This document shows positions 40,887-50,316 of a DNA stretch of 64,000 nucleotides, piece after piece. A program made the position numbers and the translations under genes. Positions within the stretch are counted from its first letter, which is position 1, and each line of letters starts with the position of its first letter. The stretch is from Candidatus Methanoperedenaceae archaeon (GTDB lineage Archaea; Halobacteriota; Methanosarcinia; Methanosarcinales; Methanoperedenaceae): contig CAVWCX010000030.1 in assembly GCA_963753595.1 (NCBI GenBank), positions 33,985-97,984 of the forward strand, given 5' to 3'. Below the pieces are notes generated by a model. It saw only the letters and a program-made list of their open reading frames with translations, was not told the DNA's origin and searched no databases.

Positions 40887-41696
40887 ATGAATGAAATTTT
40901 AAAAACGGTTAAAAATGACATCAAACAACTTGAAAGTATTCAAGATATATTTGCTTCGAAGATGCAAATATTACTGCTGATCAATTTTTCTGAAGGTGCA
41001 AAAAATTTAAAGGAACTGGAGTTACTCACAAAAAGTAGGTCGCAAAACCTGTTACCTAAAATAGGTGAATTAGTAAAAAAAGGAATACTGAAAAAAAGTG
41101 AAAGAGGTATTTATAAGGCAACACCTGCTGGGGAAATAATTATTTCTAAAATCCTGGATTTATTAGATACATGCGAAATCCTGATGAACGAATTTTGGTT
41201 GTCGCACAACCTTAATGCAATCCCGAAACCACTTTTATCTAATCTGAGCGCCCTGAATAATTCACAGTTCCATCAGTCAGAAGTTACATTAGATGTAGCA
41301 CAGCGAGCTACAATACAGTTCCTTGAAAACTCTAAGGAGAATATATGGAGCATCTCCCCTGTTGTGACCCTTGACTGGGCGAAAACGATTGTCCATAAAG
41401 CAAACCATGGTGTAAAAGTATCAATCATTACAACTGAAAAAGTTTTAAAAATGGCTGATACTGAAGAATTTAAAAAGTTTTCTCCTTTAAATAATTCTAA
41501 TATAGAGCTTTGGATTTACAAAAATCTTGAGCTCGCTTTCATGTCTGATGAAGAGCGCATCGCTCTTGCTTTACCGGATAAAATAAGCAATGTTCTTGAT
41601 CTACAAAATTTTTTAATATGTGAGGGTCAAGAAGCAGTGGAGTGGGGGAAGTATTTGTTTGAATATTTAAAAGATAAATCTATCAGTCTTAAATAA
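40887..41696 (+). CDS. Winged-helix / DUF1724-like transcription regulator
   Basis: N-terminal HTH, FWLSHNLNAIP, EWGKYLFEY. Confidence 0.78.
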   Translation: MNEILKTVKNDIKQLESIQDIFASKMQILLLINFSEGAKNLKELELLTKSRSQNLLPKIGELVKKGILKKSERGIYKATPAGEIIISKILDLLDTCEILMNEFWLSHNLNAIPKPLLSNLSALNNSQFHQSEVTLDVAQRATIQFLENSKENIWSISPVVTLDWAKTIVHKANHGVKVSIITTEKVLKMADTEEFKKFSPLNNSNIELWIYKNLELAFMSDEERIALALPDKISNVLDLQNFLICEGQEAVEWGKYLFEYLKDKSISLK

Positions 41697-41756
41697 AATC
41701 CAGTTTTTTCTTATTCAGGGTGGGATACACTAAGGTATATTTCGCGATAGCTGGTC

Positions 41757-42872
41757 TTAATATTTATGAGCAATCATATAATCTGCAAGCCCGATAAGTA
41801 TATTTTTTGAGTTAGAATCAGGAAGTATGCCCAGCGCAGATTTACCTTCGTCCACAAAGCTGATAGCTTTATTCATGGCGTAATCAATTGAACCCGATTC
41901 TATTAAAGCAGTTATGGATGAAGACACTTCACTTCTTGATGCATTGCATTTCCCTAGTGCATCAATAGCAACTCCTTTTGACAGCGCATGGATCACAATA
42001 AGGGTGCTTTTTCCTTCGATTATGTCCCCACCCTGTGCTTTTCCAAGTATCTCTTCCGGTGTAATAAGATCTATTACATCGTCATATATCTGGAATCCAG
42101 TACCTGCCAGGCGGCCAAAATCCCATAAGGCTTGCGATACATCTCTATTCGCACCAGACAATATGGCGCCGATTTTCAGTGCTGCGGCAAAAAGAACAGC
42201 AGTTTTTTTCTCCACCATGCTCAGATATTCTTCCTCTGTCACATCTTTTCTTCCCTGGAAATTCATATCCATCCACTGGCCTTCACATACATCGACGCAT
42301 GTAGTAGATAGAAGTTTGATACTTTCAATAATATGCGAAGGCTCACCTTTGGCACACGATAAAACATCGATGGCTTTAGAGAAAAGAGCATCGCCAGCAA
42401 TGATAGCCTTTGGTACCCCCCATATTTTATGAACTGTTGAGATTCCCCTTCGAATATCTGCCTCATCCATGATGTCATCATGGACAAGGGTGAAATTATG
42501 AATCAATTCAATTGCTACTGCCGCAGGGAGCACATTTTCTGCCATGCCGCCTGCCGCTTCTGCGGCAAGTAGCATTGCTGACGGACGAAGCCTTTTTCCC
42601 CCTGCATCAAGAAGATGGCGCATGGCACAGTATAACCCATCCAGGTGAGTTATTGGAAGAAATTCAAGGAGAGATTCATTCAAAAGTCTGGCTTTTTCCT
42701 GTAAATAAATAATCTCAGACTCACTTTGATATGGCAATATATTGCCCGAATGGGGGGCAGATATTTTTATTTCACTCTTTAACCCATTCTCCTCTGAAGT
42801 TCTGAAAACAGGGTTCATATTTAATTTATCAGATTCCACTTTTATTGAATTCAATTTACACCACATCCTCAA
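41757..42872 (-). CDS. Polyprenyl (geranylgeranyl) diphosphate synthase, IdsA-like; start uncertain
   Basis: GGKRLRP, HNFTLVHDDIMD..RRG, GQWMD, KKTA, FQIYDDVID. Confidence 0.92.
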   Translation of the reverse strand: MRMWCKLNSIKVESDKLNMNPVFRTSEENGLKSEIKISAPHSGNILPYQSESEIIYLQEKARLLNESLLEFLPITHLDGLYCAMRHLLDAGGKRLRPSAMLLAAEAAGGMAENVLPAAVAIELIHNFTLVHDDIMDEADIRRGISTVHKIWGVPKAIIAGDALFSKAIDVLSCAKGEPSHIIESIKLLSTTCVDVCEGQWMDMNFQGRKDVTEEEYLSMVEKKTAVLFAAALKIGAILSGANRDVSQALWDFGRLAGTGFQIYDDVIDLITPEEILGKAQGGDIIEGKSTLIVIHALSKGVAIDALGKCNASRSEVSSSITALIESGSIDYAMNKAISFVDEGKSALGILPDSNSKNILIGLADYMIAHKY

Positions 42873-43004
42873 TTCCTAATTAATTTCAGTGCTTTTCCCC
42901 CATTTGATAGTTTGGAGAGTAGAAACCTGAAAGATATTTTGATTAATATTTCCAATCTATAATATCTACATTCATTTGAGATTTTTTCCATCATGTTTCA
43001 AACT

Positions 43005-43604
43005 CTACAATGAGAGCAGCAATATAACAATAAATTGAGTGGGAATAAATACGATTGATGAGATTAGATTTTTTGTACTATAAAATAAATATCCACTGAT
43101 TATACCGTTAATGGTGACGCTAGCCATCGAATAAACTCCTTCTATCTGGTCGGTCAAACCAAGCAGTACAGCGGCGAATAATATGGCTATAAAAGGTGAA
43201 AAGCGTCTAATAAATCTTGTCTGGAGATACCCTCTATAGAATAACTCACGCACCATGTCCCCCACAAATATCATTAATATATATACTAAAATGCCAACTT
43301 TTGGAAGATAATCTGTGGTATATTTTAAAAATCCTGATGTTAACAATGGGAATGTAGAAGAAAAGTAATATTTGAGAAGTCCAACACCAATTCCAAAAGC
43401 TAAGCCCAAAACTACCGCCTTTAAAAGATTCACTTTTGTGATTCCAAATTCTGTTGACTCTTTTGATAGAAGCAGCCAGATCAAAGGAATTAATAACCAG
43501 AACAAATAAATTATCTGATTCCCTGTGGTCACAAGTATTGCCGCTATTGACACGATTGCTGCAGCAGCAAACAATGTTATTTGAACTATTTTTTTCATTT
43601 TCAT
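43005..43604 (-). CDS. CPBP/Abi (CAAX prenyl protease 2-like) membrane protein with degenerate catalytic motifs
   Basis: RELFYRGYL (canonical EExxxR); expected His positions not found. Confidence 0.6.
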   Translation of the reverse strand: MKMKKIVQITLFAAAAIVSIAAILVTTGNQIIYLFWLLIPLIWLLLSKESTEFGITKVNLLKAVVLGLAFGIGVGLLKYYFSSTFPLLTSGFLKYTTDYLPKVGILVYILMIFVGDMVRELFYRGYLQTRFIRRFSPFIAILFAAVLLGLTDQIEGVYSMASVTINGIISGYLFYSTKNLISSIVFIPTQFIVILLLSL

Positions 43605-43605
43605 T

Positions 43606-44526
43606 TCAATTAATCCAATTCTTAGAATATATTAGCATAAAATTAACAGATATTAATATTAAAATAAGTATTAATGAACCTGCTCTGGCATTGAAATTCA
43701 ATCTCATTGAGATATCTATCCACTTCTTATCTACTTCTTTATAATATAACTGCTCAGCATCTTTTTCTGCATCTATGAGATATGTTCTAAATTCAAGGAT
43801 TAGCCAGAGTGTAAAGATCAAAAGCAGCGGGATAAGAATCAGAGAAGCTGCTCCCAAATAAACCAGATAAACATTTAATAATACCCCCACAATAAATAAT
43901 GGAGCTGCAAACAATACTGCCTTAAAGGGGCCGACCATCACCGGTAGCGTATATGCGCCGAGGCTCTGGTCTCCTTTAATATCTTTTAGGCTGGTGATAA
44001 TATTAACTCCGGTGAAGTACAGAAATAATGAGGCTGCGATTGTTATCACCTCTTCAGAAATATTATTCATAATCGCACCCCCATATAATACAGCTGTTGC
44101 AGAAATGGCTCCAACGCACATATGCCCTACCATACCTCTTCTTTTTAAGATTGGATAGATTATTGAGAAAAAGACTCCTATTGTTGCTATTATTGCAGAA
44201 ATTTTGCTGATGTAAATACTCAATAAGATCCCAGTAAGAAATAGAACACTTGAAAGAATTAAAGCACTGGAAGACGATATGCGGTTAGATGGAATTGGAC
44301 GTTTTGGGGAGTTTAATTTATCGATATCTTTATCAAAAAAATCATTAAGAGATAGATTGCCTCCTGTTATAAAAATCACTGATCCTATAGCCAAAATAAA
44401 TCCAACATTCAGCATTACACCGCTTGCATATATTGCACCTATCAGCATTCTTGCAATAGCTGCGAAATATATCCTCCATTCATACAGCCTCATCAATTCC
44501 ATGTAAGCTAATAATTTTGATTTCAT
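43606..44526 (-). CDS. UbiA prenyltransferase (DGGGP-synthase-like)
   Basis: AYMELMR, NDFFDKDIDKLNSPKRPIPS, YPILKR, KDIKGD..GAYTLP. Confidence 0.88.
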   Translation of the reverse strand: MKSKLLAYMELMRLYEWRIYFAAIARMLIGAIYASGVMLNVGFILAIGSVIFITGGNLSLNDFFDKDIDKLNSPKRPIPSNRISSSSALILSSVLFLTGILLSIYISKISAIIATIGVFFSIIYPILKRRGMVGHMCVGAISATAVLYGGAIMNNISEEVITIAASLFLYFTGVNIITSLKDIKGDQSLGAYTLPVMVGPFKAVLFAAPLFIVGVLLNVYLVYLGAASLILIPLLLIFTLWLILEFRTYLIDAEKDAEQLYYKEVDKKWIDISMRLNFNARAGSLILILILISVNFMLIYSKNWIN

Positions 44527-44548
44527 ATAAGTGAATTTACACCATATT

Positions 44549-45286
44549 TTATTTTATCTCTTTCATGCACCACATCTTCTTTTTCATAAACCACATGAAA
44601 TTATTCACATTCGGTTGGTTAAATCCAATATATTCACCATAGGCTTCCTTTTCTTCTTTTTTTGAAAACTTTTTGGCATCCGAACCAGCTAACTGTGCAA
44701 TCTCTTCGCCGAGTAAATCTAATTTTGAAGAAAACGAGTCCATATCTTTTAGATGCAATGCGACCCCAGGCAGAATGCGCTCGCATTGTTCAAATAAAAC
44801 TAAATTAAGATGCTTTAATACAATATCCTGTCCTCCACTGGCACCCGCTAATGATATCCCTGCTCCGACTCTAAAAGGTTTATGTACCCCATGTATAACA
44901 AAGTTAGAGAACTCTTTTAATAATTTCCAGTTACTGCTAAAAGTCTCATTAAATGAATACCATTGTCTAGTAACACCCATCCTTCGTTCTGTGAAATTCT
45001 TTAATATTCCTGGAACATTGTAGGTATAAACAGGCGATGCTATAATTAATGCATTTGCATCTGAATCAAAAACTTCTCTATAAATTTTACTTGCATCGTC
45101 TTCTATCACGCAGTTTCCATTGATGCAGTTCCAGCATCCTCTGCAATGTTCAATTCTGTAATCAGAAAGATTCACGATTTTTGTTTCTGCTCCTTTTTTT
45201 TCCGCGCTTTTCAGTACCTTTTTGAGTAATAAATTTGTGTATCCATCTTTTCTTGGGCTTCCCGATATTCCAATTATTTTCGTCAT
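44549..45286 (-). CDS. Iron-sulfur flavoprotein (Isf/flavodoxin family)
   Basis: GSPRKDGYT, CRGCWNC..C, ASPVY. Confidence 0.85.
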   Translation of the reverse strand: MTKIIGISGSPRKDGYTNLLLKKVLKSAEKKGAETKIVNLSDYRIEHCRGCWNCINGNCVIEDDASKIYREVFDSDANALIIASPVYTYNVPGILKNFTERRMGVTRQWYSFNETFSSNWKLLKEFSNFVIHGVHKPFRVGAGISLAGASGGQDIVLKHLNLVLFEQCERILPGVALHLKDMDSFSSKLDLLGEEIAQLAGSDAKKFSKKEEKEAYGEYIGFNQPNVNNFMWFMKKKMWCMKEIK

Positions 45287-45309
45287 AAATTACCATCCAT
45301 ATGATTTAC

Positions 45310-46181
45310 TTATATCAAACGATTTTTTTTAATAATGTTCTTCTGACGGATTGCATTTCCCAAAATAATCCGTTCATTATCCGTGAGCATGCTCATCGTA
45401 TACATGCTTTCGAGCAAAACCTTATCTGCAAAGGGAGGAGAATAAATCGATATCTGATATTGTATTAACATCTTCTGCGAAAAATCTTCTTCTTTAAGAG
45501 TCTTGACAACCGTTTCGCCAGCAAACCTACCACTCGTTAAAGTGACATGTATTCCTATGGGATTTGTCAATCCTATCACACTGATGCAAATAATTGTGCC
45601 ATCATCTACCAGTTTATTCAAAGATTCACTCACTCGGACAATTCCACTGTTCTTCTCAATGAGAGAAAAACTATTGATGCCGAGATAATTAAAAAAAATA
45701 TCAAGTTCTTTTTTAGAATTGGCAGATATAACAATCGCAAAGTTGTATGAAGAATAGAATTCCAGCCAATCCTCCTCATGAAGAATTGTATCTTCTATTC
45801 CGATCAAAATCCTGCAGAAAAAGGCAGCATCTGGAGATTTTACCCTTATAAATCCGTTTTTTCTCTTGATATTTTTTATTTTGGTTGAAAGTTGCAGATT
45901 ACAGCCAAAATCAACCGCCTCTTGGATTAGAGATTGTTCTAAAAGCCGTCGATCGATACAATATCCTTTCTCATCTTTTACAATCCATTTTTTGTATGGA
46001 TTTATACCATTGTTTTTGAGGGCATTATCACTAATGCCCTCTCCACAATGTACCGGGTAGTCTACTTCGTTCTTCTTTTCAATCACCATAACCGAAATCC
46101 CTCACTTGCTATAGTCCGCGCAGCCATTCCTCCTGCAGGTCATGCGCCAACTATTATTACGTCAAAAATACTCTCAGCCAT
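45310..46181 (-). pseudogene. Decayed geranylgeranyl reductase family gene
   Basis: FDVIIVGA*PAG (TGA at 46140-42 in the GAGPAG FAD motif), frameshift near 46095, EKK..PVHCGEG, DRR, eroded GDAA/GI motifs, internal deletions. Confidence 0.78.
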
Positions 46182-46193
46182 AGGAAGTATCCA

Positions 46194-48683
46194 TCAATCA
46201 TGCATGGTTTGATGCTTTTTAGCATCCTCTATGTTCGAAAAGACCATCATATTTGTCTCACCGCCGGCGCTGTAAAGATGAATCTTCTCATCTGCTTTTA
46301 TCTTGAATTTATAAACAAAGTAGCTTTGACCAGTATTGCTGGCTTTACCTGAGGACTCGCCGTTTAAAGTGTCGTTTTTGATAACATTTACAATATCTAA
46401 AAACGATGCCATCTCTGAGGTTTGCTGAGATAAATGAACTGCATCAGAACTCTCTGCACCTACACCTACATGTTCTCCATAAATGATATTATCTTTGCTC
46501 CTGTAACTGGTACCAGTTACATTTCCGATATATCCACCAACATAAAAAGTCACATTTTCCACCCCTGGAGCTGGATCTATAGTGTACTCAGTAATTGACC
46601 AGCGTTTTCCGCCGACCAGTGTCATCTTACGAGATACCTTGACCTGGCCATCTCCAAATGAATCGAAGATTTCTCCATGGCTGTTATCTGTGATGAGATA
46701 GTTTGGAGCATTTATTCTATAAAGGCTTGTTGTAAGTCCGACAATAGGATAGTAGTGTAACCATTTGAGCTGCTGCCCCGAAGCGTTTGTATATTTAACC
46801 GCAGAGGAGGCAGAGACAAGTTTGTCTCGACCTAAAGACGCTTCCCAGAAAGAGACTGATTCGTTCATGCTCTCGCTGTAGATTGAATTCTGTACTCGCT
46901 CTATACCATCAGACCATTGCACATTAGAGAAGTTCCATCCTTTGGAACCTTTTACCTTTATTTGGTCAAAGTCTGATGAATTTTGATACTTCCCTAACGC
47001 AGCTATTGCAAGCGCATTTGGAAACGCTGTATCGTAGTATCTTTCTTTAGAAGTATACAAGAATATGTCCGCAGCCCTCCATGAGCTATCTTTATTCTGG
47101 TGTTTCGATAGCCATTCCATGCCGTTATCTATGGTTGGCGATTCGCGAGGAATTCCTGCTGTGAGGAGCGTGTATACTGCCAGAGCTGTTTCCTCTGCCG
47201 TACTTCCCGAGCTTTCAGTTCCCCAATACCAGTTGCCCCAGCCTCCATCGGCATTCTGATGACTTATAAGCCAGTTAACTGACTTCTGGATAGAAGGATC
47301 GTCGCTCGATAATCCTGCTTTTAATAGAGCCTGTATCGGATAGGCTGAGCCGTACACAGATCCCATACACCAGAACGCGTCCCATGTACCGTCGGTCCTC
47401 TGCTGAGACAAAAGATATATAGAAGCGTTCTTTATTACAGGCTCATCAGTTGAAATACCCGCATCTATTAGCGCCATAGTTGCCCTAGATGTGACGTCAA
47501 CAGTGGATGGATCCAGGAAGCCGCCACCATATGTGGTCCAGCTCCCATCCTCTTCTTGCGTATTAAGTAAGTACCTCACTCCTTTCTGTATCTCCGCACT
47601 GACGGGCTTCTCACCAATACTGGTGAGAGCGTAAAGAACAATTGCCGTATCATCGATATCGCTTGATTTTTCTTCTATCCAACCCCATCCTCCATCAGCA
47701 TTTTGGAGCCTGTAAAGCCATCTCACAGATATATCTATCTCTTTTGATAATTTATTTGTATTTGTGAGCTCCGATATGCCCTGAAGCATAAGCGCGGTAT
47801 CTGTGACCCTTAAATCTTTTATGTTAGCATATCCTCCATTCGACTGCTGGTTCCCTTTAATCCAGGCAACAGCTCTTTGGATATTTGGGGAATCCATAGG
47901 TTCGCCATATTCAATCAGGGCAATTGTAACTACATATGTTGCTGAGATCTCCTCCCAGCTACCATCTGAGAACTGGGATGATTTAAACCAGTTTATTATT
48001 TTTTCCATTGCCGCCTCTTTTTCTGGCGTATGATTCGCATACTGCAGTTCCTCTATCAGAGCAAATGTGAAAAAAAGCATTCTGACATCAGGGTTCACTA
48101 TATAATCGAAGCGAGTTTTATTATTGATATCTTCGATATCTACCGGGTTAGGTGGGATTTGCTCTGGTGCTATAATTCCCTGATCAGCGAGAAGAGTAGC
48201 AGCGAATATGCCCGTCGCTGGGAAACCTCCATTTCGATTTATGTAATCCATCCCTTTCTGGATAACTGGTGAATCATATGGTAATCCACCGGCAGTTAAA
48301 CCAGCGATTGCCAGCCCTGTAAAAGGCATTGAGCTTGGAACGTTTTTTTGTTCCCCCCAACCTCCATCCCCATTTTGATTGTTTATAAGCCAGTTTACCC
48401 CATCATTGATGTACTTGGTGTCTGGACTTTCGCCTGATTTTATGAGAGCTATCACCGCAAAAGAAGCCCCGCTTGTGCTTGGCGACATCAGGCCGATCCA
48501 TCGCCCTTCAGAATCCTGATTTTTCTTCATCCAGCTCAGCGCTTTATTTAATTCAGGATTAAAATCATTGCCAGTCTTAGATTGCGAAGCTGTTACACTT
48601 GATGTGAGTGAAAATAAAACAATGCCAATCACCATAACAAGTGGGATTATTCGTAGTCTATTCATATTTTTTACAGATTTCAT
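46194..48683 (-). CDS. Squalene-hopene-cyclase-like class II terpene cyclase with signal peptide and C-terminal extension
   Basis: About nine QxxDGxW repeats, catalytic SDIDDTA, DPSTVDVT, W..GSVYG, STAEETA; hydrophobic N-terminal leader. Confidence 0.85.
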   Translation of the reverse strand: MKSVKNMNRLRIIPLVMVIGIVLFSLTSSVTASQSKTGNDFNPELNKALSWMKKNQDSEGRWIGLMSPSTSGASFAVIALIKSGESPDTKYINDGVNWLINNQNGDGGWGEQKNVPSSMPFTGLAIAGLTAGGLPYDSPVIQKGMDYINRNGGFPATGIFAATLLADQGIIAPEQIPPNPVDIEDINNKTRFDYIVNPDVRMLFFTFALIEELQYANHTPEKEAAMEKIINWFKSSQFSDGSWEEISATYVVTIALIEYGEPMDSPNIQRAVAWIKGNQQSNGGYANIKDLRVTDTALMLQGISELTNTNKLSKEIDISVRWLYRLQNADGGWGWIEEKSSDIDDTAIVLYALTSIGEKPVSAEIQKGVRYLLNTQEEDGSWTTYGGGFLDPSTVDVTSRATMALIDAGISTDEPVIKNASIYLLSQQRTDGTWDAFWCMGSVYGSAYPIQALLKAGLSSDDPSIQKSVNWLISHQNADGGWGNWYWGTESSGSTAEETALAVYTLLTAGIPRESPTIDNGMEWLSKHQNKDSSWRAADIFLYTSKERYYDTAFPNALAIAALGKYQNSSDFDQIKVKGSKGWNFSNVQWSDGIERVQNSIYSESMNESVSFWEASLGRDKLVSASSAVKYTNASGQQLKWLHYYPIVGLTTSLYRINAPNYLITDNSHGEIFDSFGDGQVKVSRKMTLVGGKRWSITEYTIDPAPGVENVTFYVGGYIGNVTGTSYRSKDNIIYGEHVGVGAESSDAVHLSQQTSEMASFLDIVNVIKNDTLNGESSGKASNTGQSYFVYKFKIKADEKIHLYSAGGETNMMVFSNIEDAKKHQTMHD

Positions 48684-48704
48684 ATTTTTTTACTCCTTAT
48701 ATAT

Positions 48705-49058
48705 TTATACAATTATTTGATCTTGAGTCTCACCAAAAGGTGGCGACATCGCTATCAGCACTTCCAGCCCTCCGCTGGAAACCGCCCTGTGCCCCACTCC
48801 CGGTTTTATCATTACCAGCGTACCCTCCGTGAGTGAGATCGACCCATCGTCGGTCTCAAGCCATCCTTCTCCTTTCAGCACGTAGTAAAACTCCGTAGTC
48901 TTCTCATGGTAATGCTTCTTCGCATCTGATATCTTCAAATGTGAGAAAGCCACAGATTCGCTATCTTTCTCTGTGATCAGGCGCCTTCTCATCCCGCACG
49001 ATCCTCTCTCTGTCGGTGTTTCTTTCAGATTCCTGATCACTACTTTCGTCTCATTCAA
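48705..49058 (-). CDS. Cupin domain protein (probable TTG start at 49058)
   Basis: HYHEKTTEFYYVLKGEG, IKPGVGHRA. Confidence 0.85.
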   Translation of the reverse strand: MNETKVVIRNLKETPTERGSCGMRRRLITEKDSESVAFSHLKISDAKKHYHEKTTEFYYVLKGEGWLETDDGSISLTEGTLVMIKPGVGHRAVSSGGLEVLIAMSPPFGETQDQIIV

Positions 49059-49062
49059 GTTC

Positions 49063-50097
49063 TCACCCGTGTATTCTTGCCAGATGTATGTTCTCGCTGA
49101 TCCTTTCAACAATCCTGCGCCCGAATGTTGCATCGGTTATTTGTTCATCATTTTCCTCAAACCGCCTGATAATGCTTTTGAGCGTCTCAAGCATTGTATC
49201 GTCGTGTATCTCAAGCTTCTCGCGGATATGATTGTTCTCATAGACTGTGACAGCGCCGAACAGGGCGTCATCTCCTCCTGCCGGGTAATGCGCGCTCACC
49301 CTGATGCCTCCATCGCAATGTATCAAAACGCTCCTGTGCCTTATGGGCAGGTGCTTGTGGCCGTCAAGGCTTGAGAAATTATAGGAGATCGCCCCGCTCT
49401 CATGGTGAAGCGTTATAGCGCCTTCGCCGTGCTCATAGAACCGCTTGTTTTCCAGTACCATGTCCCCGCACCATGCCCCAAAATTTTCAGTGGGATTCCC
49501 GAATAGATAGTTTACTATTGCGATCTGGTGCGGTATCTCTACCGTGAACACATGGGGAGGACCGGTCTTGAGAAAACCCCTGCCTATTGAAGTATCGCCC
49601 CGCCTGTCTTTAGAGAATTCAGTTCTGGCAAACTTGGGTTTCAGGGAGTGTTTTTCTATTGTTTCTCTTAACTGTTCGGTCACTTTAGAATAGACATAAT
49701 TTTCTGCAATAGCGATTTTCGCATTGAGCATTTCTATTTTTCTGGCATCTGTTATGCTATTTGCGATTGGTTTTTCTATTATTATTTTTTTTGTTCCTAA
49801 ATCGATTGCTTCTTTGGCGCACTGGTAATGAATATCATTAGGTACGCAAAGGTCTATGATGGCATCTCCTATGTCCATTTGCCTTGAGACTTCTTCAAGA
49901 GAACTCGCAGCCAGTGGATTTTCTCCATCGTTGAATGTTTTATACAGATAATGGAATCTTTTTAGACGATCAGGATCACTATCAACCATTGCAATTATCT
50001 TGACATTTGAATCTTTTAATTTAGTATAGCATTTGCAATGAATCGAACCTGCTTTACCACAACCTACCAGAATAATTTCAGTCATTTTTGACACCAC
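49063..50097 (-). CDS. Gfo/Idh/MocA family oxidoreductase
   Basis: GCGKAG, PNDIH, IEKP, EIPHQ. Confidence 0.85.
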   Translation of the reverse strand: MVSKMTEIILVGCGKAGSIHCKCYTKLKDSNVKIIAMVDSDPDRLKRFHYLYKTFNDGENPLAASSLEEVSRQMDIGDAIIDLCVPNDIHYQCAKEAIDLGTKKIIIEKPIANSITDARKIEMLNAKIAIAENYVYSKVTEQLRETIEKHSLKPKFARTEFSKDRRGDTSIGRGFLKTGPPHVFTVEIPHQIAIVNYLFGNPTENFGAWCGDMVLENKRFYEHGEGAITLHHESGAISYNFSSLDGHKHLPIRHRSVLIHCDGGIRVSAHYPAGGDDALFGAVTVYENNHIREKLEIHDDTMLETLKSIIRRFEENDEQITDATFGRRIVERISENIHLARIHG

Positions 50098-50122
50098 CTA
50101 TTATTCGGCGTAATGATTGGCT

Positions 50123-50274
50123 ATTATATAACCTTTTCTGAAAAAAAAAACTATAATATGTGGTATTATCAATTTTAAAGTCTTAATAAGTATTAAATTC
50201 ACATAATTAGCAGTATAAAGTATTATTTTGTTATAAAATTATGAATTGACCATAATTTCGATTGCTAATTATGA
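50123..50274. promoter_or_regulatory. AT-rich divergent promoter block, duplicated at 51945-52096
   Basis: attatataaccttttct...ttaata(a/g)gtattaa...taatttcga.tgctaattatga colinear in both copies. Confidence 0.65.
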
Positions 50275-50316
50275 TATATACATAATAACAAAAAAATTAA
50301 ATACTAAAAACTAATA

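Noticed and set aside
46140-46142. In-frame TGA as selenocysteine or recoding
   Set aside because: Replaces a Gly of the FAD motif and the gene has additional lesions.
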